Shown in pieces: positions 43,091 to 51,491 of a DNA stretch of 64,000 nt (its first letter is position 1; each line of letters opens with the position of its first letter). Made by a program: the position numbers and the translations under genes. The notes beneath the pieces are model-generated. The model was given only the letters and a program-made list of their open reading frames with translations. It had not been told where the DNA came from and did no database searches. The DNA is from an uncultured Planctomycetota bacterium (GTDB lineage: Bacteria > Planctomycetota > Planctomycetia > Isosphaerales > Isosphaeraceae): the NCBI GenBank assembly GCA_963845755.1, contig CAWJTV010000006.1:32001-96000 (forward strand), given 5' to 3'.

Positions 43091-43933
43091 TCAATCACGC
43101 GCGATGGGAACCCTACGGACCCCCAGGATCGGCACGGGCTGGAGCAACTCACCCGATCCAACGAGCGACCCGAAGATCGCCGTCGCCATCGAGATGACCA
43201 CACCGATCAGCGTCCACCAGGACGCTTCCCGCACCCTCTCGGCGGCCTGGGCGGCGGCTCGTTGGACCTCCGGCTGGCTGGCGACGTCGCGCGTCATTTC
43301 GGGCAACGATGAGGGATCGGCCCAGACGCGGTCGATCCGGCCCTTGATCTCGACTTCCGCCTTGCGGGCCTGCTCCTCGCTGAAACCCGCCTTCTTCAGA
43401 TCCGCGACGAATCGATCCCCACCCAACTCGTTGGAATACCTTTGATGAAGGGCCTGTGCCAGGCCCGGCGAGGGCGATGATTCGTTGGCATCGGGGCGGA
43501 ATGCGGCATCCGTTGCCGAGGCCATCCCGATCATGGCACCGAACCCGGTCCGGATGCCGGCGCCTAGCAACCAGACCATCCCGATGAACAGTGTCCCCCA
43601 GAGGATCATCCCGTAGAGGACGGCTTCGAGCTTGCTCTCGCCGACGGCCAGCCGGCTGGTCGTCCAGCCGCCGAAGAACATCGCCAGCAGGAGCGTCAGG
43701 ATCGAATAGATCGCAGCCCCGGCGCCGAAGTGCTCGGATGCACCTCGTACGGCCGCCTCGATCCCGAGGGCCACGCCGAGCATCGACAGGACAACGTAAA
43801 CCGACAGGGCAATCATCGCGCCGGCGGCGATGGCCCCCCAACTGATCCGACTTCGTACCGACAACAGGTCGGCGGCCTTTGGTGAATCCATCGTCTTCGT
43901 CATCTGCAAAACCTCGCTCTCCAGTGGGGCCAC
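43091..43933 (-). CDS. membrane hypothetical protein (RISWGAI type)
   Basis: SRISWGAIAAG, four hydrophobic segments; start may be 43903. Confidence 0.8.
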   Translation of the reverse strand: MAPLESEVLQMTKTMDSPKAADLLSVRSRISWGAIAAGAMIALSVYVVLSMLGVALGIEAAVRGASEHFGAGAAIYSILTLLLAMFFGGWTTSRLAVGESKLEAVLYGMILWGTLFIGMVWLLGAGIRTGFGAMIGMASATDAAFRPDANESSPSPGLAQALHQRYSNELGGDRFVADLKKAGFSEEQARKAEVEIKGRIDRVWADPSSLPEMTRDVASQPEVQRAAAQAAERVREASWWTLIGVVISMATAIFGSLVGSGELLQPVPILGVRRVPIARD

Positions 43934-44001
43934 ACCCGCGCCCGTCCCACCTCGGGACGCGACCGCCAGGCGACGTCCGTACCGACGGGTTAATTATGAG
44001 G

Positions 44002-44016
44002 GCAAATTATGCGCCG
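44002..44016 (-). promoter_or_regulatory. sigma54 -24/-12 motif
   Basis: CGGCGCATAATTTGC. Confidence 0.7.
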
Positions 44017-44154
44017 AAAGATGATAATGCGTGTTTTTCCCTGTGTCAGATAGGGCGTCGGGGTTCCGACCGAGGCTAGAGCGCCTCACAGTTGGGTTGC
44101 ACACGCTCGAAGCCTGCTCTCGAAGAACCCCCCGGAACCCCCCCCTTCGCAAGG

Positions 44155-44388
44155 CAGTGAGTTCAGGGTCTTCGTAGGTGCAGTGCCACTGTTAAGGTGG
44201 CGACGAGCGGGTGGTTTGGGTAAGGCCATTTTTTACCCAATACACCCAGATTGACAACCGAATTCAATTTGTGAGCAGAGTAATGGTATGTTCGATTTCA
44301 TGAAATTCCCATATTATAAATTGATAATCGCCAGATTCGATTTGAGGCGAAAGAGTTTACGGCAATTCCGAAGACCCTGAACTCACTG
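44155..44388. mobile_element. 234-bp MITE of the adjacent IS4 element
   Basis: 20-bp IRs CAGTGAGTTCAGGGTCTTCG; 11-bp duplication CCTTCGCAAGG. Confidence 0.92.
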
Positions 44389-44450
44389 CCTTCGCAAGGG
44401 GGGGATATTGATCGGGAAAAGCCCGTTTCCTGTCCCCCCCCTTGCGAAGG

Positions 44451-46036
44451 CAGTGAGTTCAGGGTTTTCCTCTGGCTCTAGGGGGCCCCGTCTTTTGCTC
44501 ATGTGTTTGCTGGAGAACCCGGTAGGTCAACGTATGGTTGCCGAGCACACGCTTCTTGACTTTCTGATGACCGCCACGGCCGGAGCTCGGCGCTTTCCAC
44601 CAACGGTCGCTCCAGGCGCCGCGCAACCGCTCCCGCAAGTACGTGCGCACCTCACTCGCCGTCGGCACGGCGCCCAGCAACGACAGCAACGTCTTGACCT
44701 CAACCAACTCGCTGACCGACACCATTTGCCGCTCCACGTCACCGAAGAGCTTCTCGTTGGAGATCGCCTTCGCCTCGCACTCTTGATGCGAGGCCAGGTG
44801 CGTACGCACGACTTGCAGGGCGTTGTACAGGAGCAGGCAGAACGACAACTGGAACAGGACCGCCTTCGGCTGCGTGCCGATGAGGTGCTTCAGCGCGAAC
44901 ACGTCGGTGATCTGCTGGAAGACCGTCTCCAAACCCCAGCGACTGTGATACGTCGCGAGCATCGCCGCTGCGGGATACATCGTCTCGTCCCACAGGTCCG
45001 TGATCACGCCGAGCTCCTTGCCGTCGGCCAGATGCTTGGTGATCCGGCGCACGTACACGCGGTCCTCCCTCGGGACCTTGCCCAGCCAGCCCCACTCCTG
45101 CACGATCCGTCGCCCGTCGGCGTCGCGGAGCTCCTGCGCCGGCCGGGACGCATCGGCAACGAACGTCGTATTGCTGCAGTAGCGGATCAGGAAATGGCCG
45201 CCGGCCTTCAACACCTCCCGGGGAAAACTCAGGTTGCAGTAGAGGCGGTCCAGGACGACCAACCACGGCTTCTCCAGGCCGCCGGCCAGCGCCGCGAGCT
45301 TCGGCAGCAGGCCCTCGGTGAGAGCCGCTTCACCGGCTTCGCCGTCGAGGTGGCCCACCATCGCGACGGCCAGGCCCGTCCGCAGGTCCAAGCCCACCGA
45401 CGCCCGCGCACCGAGGATCCCCGCCTGCAAGCCGCGCAACGGCTTGAGGAGCCGGCGAACGTGCTTGATCGCCTTGCCGTCGGCCCCGAAGACTTCGAAC
45501 CCGGCCCAACACGCCGGCAACGGCTCCACGGCCAGGGTCTCAGGCAGGACCGCGTTGAGCCGCTGGGTGCCTTCGGCGAGCAGGGCCTCGCTGAGGGGCC
45601 GGGGCAGGTTCCCCAACTTGTCATAGGACGAGGTGATCGAGACCGGCAGCGTGCCCTGTTCCTGGGCCCGCGTGAAGGCCTGGTAGCCACTCCCCTCGTG
45701 CTCGATCAAGGCATCGGTGATCAGAGGGGCCAGCGTGCGGAACTTCAACTGCTTCTCGAAGCAGGGCCCGCGATGTCGCGCCGAGAGATCATCCAGCCAC
45801 GAATCCGCCATCGCGTAGTGCAGCAACCGCCACACCGAGTCGGCCAGAGGAAGCCGACTGAGCACCTCGGCGGCAAACGGGGTGTCGTTGAGAACCGAAG
45901 GACTCCGGACAGCTGCGGAAAAGACGGCGACCTCCATAACCGAAGGACTCCTGAGAGGACCGAAGGTGCAATCCGATGGGTATTTATGATACGGACCTCG
46001 GATCCGCGGTGGAACGCCAAGACCCTGAACTCACTG
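44451..46036 (-). mobile_element. IS4-family element
   Basis: IRs CAGTGAGTTCAGGGTYTT; 11-bp duplication CCTTGCGAAGG. Confidence 0.95.
44459..45937 (-). CDS. IS4-family transposase
   Basis: GADGK, VLDRLY, YHSRWGLETVFQQI (YREK-like motif). Confidence 0.92.
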   Translation of the reverse strand: MEVAVFSAAVRSPSVLNDTPFAAEVLSRLPLADSVWRLLHYAMADSWLDDLSARHRGPCFEKQLKFRTLAPLITDALIEHEGSGYQAFTRAQEQGTLPVSITSSYDKLGNLPRPLSEALLAEGTQRLNAVLPETLAVEPLPACWAGFEVFGADGKAIKHVRRLLKPLRGLQAGILGARASVGLDLRTGLAVAMVGHLDGEAGEAALTEGLLPKLAALAGGLEKPWLVVLDRLYCNLSFPREVLKAGGHFLIRYCSNTTFVADASRPAQELRDADGRRIVQEWGWLGKVPREDRVYVRRITKHLADGKELGVITDLWDETMYPAAAMLATYHSRWGLETVFQQITDVFALKHLIGTQPKAVLFQLSFCLLLYNALQVVRTHLASHQECEAKAISNEKLFGDVERQMVSVSELVEVKTLLSLLGAVPTASEVRTYLRERLRGAWSDRWWKAPSSGRGGHQKVKKRVLGNHTLTYRVLQQTHEQKTGPPRARGKP

Positions 46037-46371
46037 CCTTGCGAAGGGGGGGTTCCGGGGGGTGAACTCGCGGGGCCATAGGGCGTGCGCCATGCAAAAG
46101 TTAAGCGCTCCAGAACCCAGGCTCTCGACAGGCCGCTCAAACCTGGCGGCCGTGGACCCAGGAGAAATGGGCGGGTCCGGCGCGACCCAGGCTAGGGGGG
46201 CCGACCCGTGCCACGGTCGTTACGCTCAAGGATTTGCCGGAGTGGAAGTCGTGGCTCGACGGCTTTTTTCACTCGATTGCCGACTGGGGCTGTCCGATAC
46301 GATCGAGCAGTCGCTGTTCCGTTACGCCAATGAACGGGGTTACCGGGAGCCGCCCAAACGCTGAGGTTATA

Positions 46372-46635
46372 TCATCCTGTCGGCCTTGGTTCGGCGTGGA
46401 AGGCAAGGATGGTCGGCTCGTCGCACGGGTCGGCGAGGATCGCCTCCCAGATCGCAATCTTGTGACGGACATACCCGACCAGATCGCCACCGTCGGCCAC
46501 CATGATATCCAGGAGACTGCGATCATGACGGTGCGATGCCAGGACAAGGGCGGTCATTTCTTCATCGCATTCAAGGGCCTCGCACGCTTTGCGAATACGA
46601 CGGATCTCCCCTGCAGTTGCTCTATTGGAGGTCAT
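46372..46635 (-). CDS. small hypothetical protein
   Basis: ATGA overlap with the upstream ORF. Confidence 0.5.
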   Translation of the reverse strand: MTSNRATAGEIRRIRKACEALECDEEMTALVLASHRHDRSLLDIMVADGGDLVGYVRHKIAIWEAILADPCDEPTILAFHAEPRPTG

Positions 46636-46883
46636 CGCAAAGCCCCACATCGTTCGTCCGCATTTTCAAGGACCGACAGGGAGAAAGTCGGCCCTCGATC
46701 GGTCGGCGGCAAATCGGAGTGACCTGGAACGGCCGCCGGTGCCTCGGGCGAGGAACAAGGCGGCAGGACTGCGGGGCGCCTGCGGCAAGCCCACCAGTAG
46801 GTCAACGAGCCCATGACGCCGGTCAGGAGCATGCCGGCCCGGAAGAGGAACAAGCGAGGACCGACGGCGACGTAGAAAGCCAT
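46632..46883 (-). CDS. small single-TM protein
   Basis: TAATG overlap with the hydrolase stop; hydrophobic N-terminus followed by RRR. Confidence 0.5.
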   Translation of the reverse strand: MAFYVAVGPRLFLFRAGMLLTGVMGSLTYWWACRRRPAVLPPCSSPEAPAAVPGHSDLPPTDRGPTFSLSVLENADERCGALR

Positions 46884-48430
46884 TAATGGGGACCTCCGGG
46901 ATCGAGAAGGACGACGTCGGATAGGACGAGCCGCGGTCCGGCTTCGGCGATGACCGGGGGGCAGTTCCGACCGCCGCAGATACTGCTCCGGCCGGCAAAC
47001 CGATCGGCGATCTCCTCGACCAGGCGCAGGCCGAATAGGGGGATCGTCGTCCGCGTGGCTCCACACTGGTTGGCGAAGACGACGGGCACGTCGAGGTCGC
47101 GCGCGACCTTGGCCGGGATTTCGGCCGAGAGGGGGCCAAGGCCGCCGAAGAGCCAATGTCCACGGCTGCCGGGCCCGGAGGCGAAATCCGGCCAGGCGGC
47201 GGCGATCACCGCCAGGTCGATCCGGCCGCGATAGTCGTCCCACACCGGGCGCCGAATCATGTCGGCGCAAACCGCCAGGCCAATCCCTCCCCAGGGCGTC
47301 GGGACGACCAGCGGCGAACATCCGCGTCGGAATCGGAACGGTTCCCAGAAGACCAGATGCCGCTTGCGATAGACGTGAACCGAGCCATCGGGCAGGCAGA
47401 GGGCCAGCGCGTCATAGAGGTGACGGCCATCGCGCTCGGCGAAACCGCCTGCGATCCCCATCCGCCACTGACAGCTACGTCGGGACAGGTGCCGCAACGT
47501 CGGCCCGTCGAACCCCTCGGAATACGGGGCGAAGTCGGGAATCAGGCCATATCCCGTATTGAACAGCTCGGGCAAGACCGCCAGGGCCGCATGCGACAGG
47601 TGGGCTTCGGCGAGCAGGAGGTCGGCCTGCTCGACGTTGGCGGCGACTTGTCGGGACTCTGACTGCATCTGCACCGCGGCGATCGTGATCTTCAAGGGAC
47701 CCTCGCTCCGACGGATAGTCCGGATCCTTGGGCGGGGCCCGGGCAAAGAACGAGACCGACGGGTCTGCGAGGGCGGGCGTTCGACGGCAGGCCGGGCCAC
47801 CCCCTCGGTCAACAGGAAGGGCGCGAGGCCGTGATGGACTTCCTGGGAGGTGCCGACGAATCCGCCACGGGCGAACAGCTCGCGGACCCGGCGTGCCGAA
47901 GCGTGTAAGACGTCACCTTCTACCCCCGCGACACAGACATCGTAAATGAGCCATCCCCATGGACTATCGCGACTCCCGTCGACCAGGATCAACCGCCCGC
48001 CGGGCTTCAGGACGCGATGCATCTCCTCGATCGCACGTTGTTGATGCGGATAGTGATGGAAGCTATTGGCGCACGTGACCACGTCGAAGGCACCGTCGGG
48101 GAAAGGCAGCCGCTCGCTATCACCCTGGACCGGCGCGACCTGCCCCCGATGGGCCCGCCAGCGCGCGCGTCCTTTGGACAGCATCGCCGCGACCAGATCG
48201 ACACCCCAGACTTTCGCATGGGGCAAGGCTTCCCGGATACGCGACGCGAAGACCCCGGTGCCGCACCCGACGTCGAGGATCATCGATGGCCGATCGCCGA
48301 TCCCGTCCCGGATCCGAGTGATGATGGCCCGATGCGCGGGGCGGAACAACAACCACTGGAGGATACTCCGATCATAGTTCTCACTCCAGCGCCCAAACTC
48401 TCGGGTCGCCTGATCCTTGTCGTAGGACAT
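46883..48430 (-). CDS. class I SAM methyltransferase in frame with a carbon-nitrogen hydrolase (own TTG start at 47695 possible)
   Basis: ILDVGCGTG, LPFPDGAFD; LPELF, YRKRHL, AVCAD (Glu-Lys-Cys triad). Confidence 0.85.
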   Translation of the reverse strand: MSYDKDQATREFGRWSENYDRSILQWLLFRPAHRAIITRIRDGIGDRPSMILDVGCGTGVFASRIREALPHAKVWGVDLVAAMLSKGRARWRAHRGQVAPVQGDSERLPFPDGAFDVVTCANSFHHYPHQQRAIEEMHRVLKPGGRLILVDGSRDSPWGWLIYDVCVAGVEGDVLHASARRVRELFARGGFVGTSQEVHHGLAPFLLTEGVARPAVERPPSQTRRSRSLPGPRPRIRTIRRSEGPLKITIAAVQMQSESRQVAANVEQADLLLAEAHLSHAALAVLPELFNTGYGLIPDFAPYSEGFDGPTLRHLSRRSCQWRMGIAGGFAERDGRHLYDALALCLPDGSVHVYRKRHLVFWEPFRFRRGCSPLVVPTPWGGIGLAVCADMIRRPVWDDYRGRIDLAVIAAAWPDFASGPGSRGHWLFGGLGPLSAEIPAKVARDLDVPVVFANQCGATRTTIPLFGLRLVEEIADRFAGRSSICGGRNCPPVIAEAGPRLVLSDVVLLDPGGPH

Positions 48431-48486
48431 CGCAACTCCCTTCGCCCGGCCGGGGCCGGAGTGAGCTCTCAGGGAATCATTGTAGA

Positions 48487-48501
48487 GCAAATTGCATGCC
48501 G
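48487..48501 (-). promoter_or_regulatory. sigma54 -24/-12 motif
   Basis: CGGCATGCAATTTGC with upstream AT-rich tract. Confidence 0.75.
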
Positions 48502-48805
48502 ATATTTACGAATTGTTGATTGAGCAAAAATATATTTGGATAGGCTCTTCAATGTCGAGAATGGGTCCCGCACCTTCGAAACTCGACACGGCATGTCAAT
48601 CCTGGTCGGACTGTTTGGCATGGAGGGATTCGGCCGTTATTCCATCGACCCCCAGGTGATCAGCCGGTGAGTAGGAGCGATCCTCCCACCACGGCATCCT
48701 GTCCCATCGCCTTCGGCTTGAGAAGCCGGGTTCGTGTCGCCCGTTGTTGGGATCTGGCTCAAGAGCCCAGCCGGAATCGCCGGAGACGATGAAGCTACCC
48801 GAGGG

Positions 48806-49155
48806 TTCCTCGTCGCCATCATCGTCCCGCTTCTCGGCGTGGTGGCCGCCCCGTTCATCGTCTGAGGCTGGGGATTCCGCTGGACCGATCTGGGCCTCCT
48901 TTAGAGCCTGTAAGTCTTGACCGCCCTGGGGATCACGGTCGGCTACCACTCGCTGTTCGTCCACCGCTCCATTGAGACGAACATCGTGGTGAAGTTCGTC
49001 TTCGCCGTCCTCGGCTCGATGGCCGTCCAGGGGCCGCACTTGATGTGGGTCGCCAAGCACCGCCGACACCACCAGCACGCCGACACGGCGGGCGACCCGC
49101 ATTCGCCCCATGGCCACGGCGCAGGCGTGCTCGGCGTCCTGCGAGGTGTCTGGCA
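48806..49155 (+). pseudogene. partial, stop-containing copy of the desaturase (~31380-31730)
   Basis: Near-identical DNA with TGG>TGA, TTG>TAG and TAC>TAA changes. Confidence 0.92.
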
Positions 49156-49167
49156 ACCTCGAGCACC

Positions 49168-49402
49168 TAGAGCGCGTAACATTCGGGTTGCGCACACAAG
49201 GACGGCCGATTTCCGGCGGCCTGAAGGGCCGCAGAAACCTAGCCCCGGGTGAAACCCGGGGTCCTCGGCACCCACCCAACTCCGGCGGCCTGAAGGGCCG
49301 CAGGACGACCCTCCGGCACCCTTTCAGGGTGCATGAGGAGGGCGCGTGCACCCGATTCCCGGGGTTTCACCCCGGGCTGGGTTGCTGCGGCCCTGCGGGC
49401 CG
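49168..49402. repeat. IS630-type MITE end followed by a GCCTGAAGGGC/CCCGGGTGAAACCCGGG REP cluster
   Basis: TAGAGCGCGTAACATTCGGGTTGCGCAC; direct and inverted REP units 49218-49401. Confidence 0.7.
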
Positions 49403-49887
49403 CTTCCGTGGGGAACCTGCCGTTGAACGCGTCCGACACAGCCGAGTTGAATCCGGTGCTGCCGAACGGGAAGTTCTGGAGCGCCGAGGCCAGGCTGGTC
49501 GAGCCGAGCCCGGAGCCGAAGAGGATCGGTCGGAGCCGCGAGGACGCCTGGGACGCCCCGGGGAGGATCGACAGCCCGTTGCCGAGCCGGAACGCCGCGG
49601 TCTGCTGGGCGTTCCTGGCCTGCAAGTTGAACGCACTCAGGGCGTCCTGCGACGCGGCGATCGGCAGGCCGTTCCCATCGGTCGTACCGTTCGGGAAGAC
49701 GGCGGAAGTGGACACGATCGGGAAGTTTTGCGCGAACAAACCGAGCAGATTGCCGACCTGGCTGAGAAGCTGGTTGCCCATGAACTGCCGCAACAGAGGG
49801 CCTCTTCATGGGATCCCGGGATGTCGTTCATCAACGTCGGGAGGCGGACCGTGTCTGTGCGGGATCCTTCTCGCAATCGATCCTACG

Positions 49888-49902
49888 GCACCAGGCGTGC
49901 CA
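49888..49902 (-). promoter_or_regulatory. sigma54 -24/-12 motif upstream of a gene remnant (~49403-49793)
   Basis: TGGCACGCCTGGTGC. Confidence 0.5.
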
Positions 49903-50142
49903 CCAGGCAGGCATCGAAACGATAATGTCTCAAATTAACAATTTGCTCGCGGACATGGTGTTTGTGGCTTCCAATCCCTACAGAGGTACGAGGCCCCCTG
50001 CGCCCAATCTGCGACGGGAGGATGACCGGCGGACCTGACCAGGCGGGGGCTGAGCGCGGAGACCGACGAAAAAAGGGGATGCCGAAGCACCCCCGTTTGA
50101 TCGATTGGCCGTTAATGTCTGTTCGAGCCCGGCTCGACCGAA

Positions 50143-50667
50143 TCAGGTCGCAACCACGGCCGCTTCCCGGGTGCTCATGTCATAGCCGCCGCACCGTCGC
50201 AGGATGGCGGTCCCCTCGTCCGAGCGGCTGCCGGCATTGACGGTGACGATGGCCCGCCCGGCCTCGAATTCGCCGTGATAATACTTGGCTTCATGCTCGG
50301 GAATCCCGGCACCGACCAGGGCACCGACGAGTCCGGCGATCCCGGCTCCGGCGGCGGCGTTGGAGAGGATGACCCCCAAGGTCCCGGCCGCGATGGCGGG
50401 GCCGACGACGGGGATCACGCCCGCCAGGACTCCGAGGCCCGCCAGGGCACCCAATCCCAGGCCGGTCAAGGCCCCGGCCACGGCGCCCGATCCGGCATGC
50501 GAATTGTAGTCGGTGGCCGTGAGATCCCCTTCACCTTCGGCATGGCGCATCGCGACGCCGATTTGGCTCTGATCGAACCCGGCTTGGTGAAGCTCGGTGA
50601 TGGCTTGGTTGGCGTGGAGTCGGTCCTCGAACACGCCGACGACGGTAGAAGCTTTTGGAGTTTTCAT
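50143..50667 (-). CDS. general stress protein (YflT/17M-like N-terminus, glycine zipper)
   Basis: VVGVFEDR..A..EL..AGF..IGV; GAGIPEHEAKYY..G..IVTV. Confidence 0.85.
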   Translation of the reverse strand: MKTPKASTVVGVFEDRLHANQAITELHQAGFDQSQIGVAMRHAEGEGDLTATDYNSHAGSGAVAGALTGLGLGALAGLGVLAGVIPVVGPAIAAGTLGVILSNAAAGAGIAGLVGALVGAGIPEHEAKYYHGEFEAGRAIVTVNAGSRSDEGTAILRRCGGYDMSTREAAVVAT

Positions 50668-50681
50668 GACCGATTTAAGGA

Positions 50682-50696
50682 GCAAATCTCGGGCCG
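50682..50696 (-). promoter_or_regulatory. sigma54 -24/-12 motif
   Basis: CGGCCCGAGATTTGC, very close to the start codon. Confidence 0.55.
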
Positions 50697-50854
50697 CCGA
50701 ATCGAGAAACGGCCATTAAATCTCGGTATTAGGTTGATTTTTTGATATCCACAAGCGGAATTCACGAAGTGATCGAGCTACGGCGGATCAGATATTAACC
50801 GGAAGCCGTCCAGGTTGCTGGACGGCCACCGGGCCGATGCTTTAGATTGGAGGA

Positions 50855-51196
50855 ATGGATACCAACGCCGAGTTCCCTGAACCGCTCCGGCATCAAGAGC
50901 GGTTCGCCGCGCGGCTCCGCCGCGCCACGGAAGGACTGGAAGAAGCCCGGCGCGAGCGGATCCGGGCCATTGTCGAAGCCTATCAGTCGGGGTTGTCCGT
51001 CGGTCAGATTGCGGCCGCCACCGGTCTCAGCTCGAGCCGGGCCCACCAGCTCCTCGGCTCGGCCGAGGCCCGCGAGATCCTCCGCCACCGCCAACGGTTG
51101 AAGGAGCCGGAGCCGCCGTCGAAGCGGCCGAGCAAGCGTGAAGAACGAGCGGCGGCGCGGGCCTTGCGGGATCTTCCGCCGTCGGAGCGGGACTGA
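50855..51196 (+). CDS. small HTH protein
   Basis: GLSVGQIAAATGLSSSRAHQLL. Confidence 0.65.
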   Translation: MDTNAEFPEPLRHQERFAARLRRATEGLEEARRERIRAIVEAYQSGLSVGQIAAATGLSSSRAHQLLGSAEAREILRHRQRLKEPEPPSKRPSKREERAAARALRDLPPSERD

Positions 51197-51491
51197 ACGA
51201 GCGCGGTTCCTGCTCCGTCTTGTCGCGAGTGAATCGATGCCTTCGCTTAAATTCTCAATCACCCTAACGCGGCGGAGCCGCAACCAAAGAGGGAAGCGGA
51301 TCACGCGCAGATCAGATCCGGATCAGAATGGACCACGGATCACACGGAACTGAAAATCCATCGCGACATCGCTCACATCGCTAGGGTCCGTCGCAACCGG
51401 GGTCCATTCGCCGCAACCAAGAAGAATGGGAAGAACGGCGTTCTCCCGTCAGAATGGGATTGGAAACGGCCCTATCCCGAAGGAGAACGCC

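Larger units (their letters stand above)
44077..46112. mobile_element. IS630-type MITE (~194 bp when empty) carrying an inverted REP pair
   Basis: Left end TAGAGCGCCTCACAGTTGGGTTGCACAC matches the resident IS630 end at 22/28; right end resembles the other IS630 end. Confidence 0.65.

Noticed and set aside
44251..44285. TTGACA sigma70 -35 box inside the MITE
   Set aside because: No -10 hexamer at 16-18 nt spacing.
49205..49402. Possible CRISPR array
   Set aside because: Few units, mixed orientation, no regular spacers and no cas genes; fits REP repeats.
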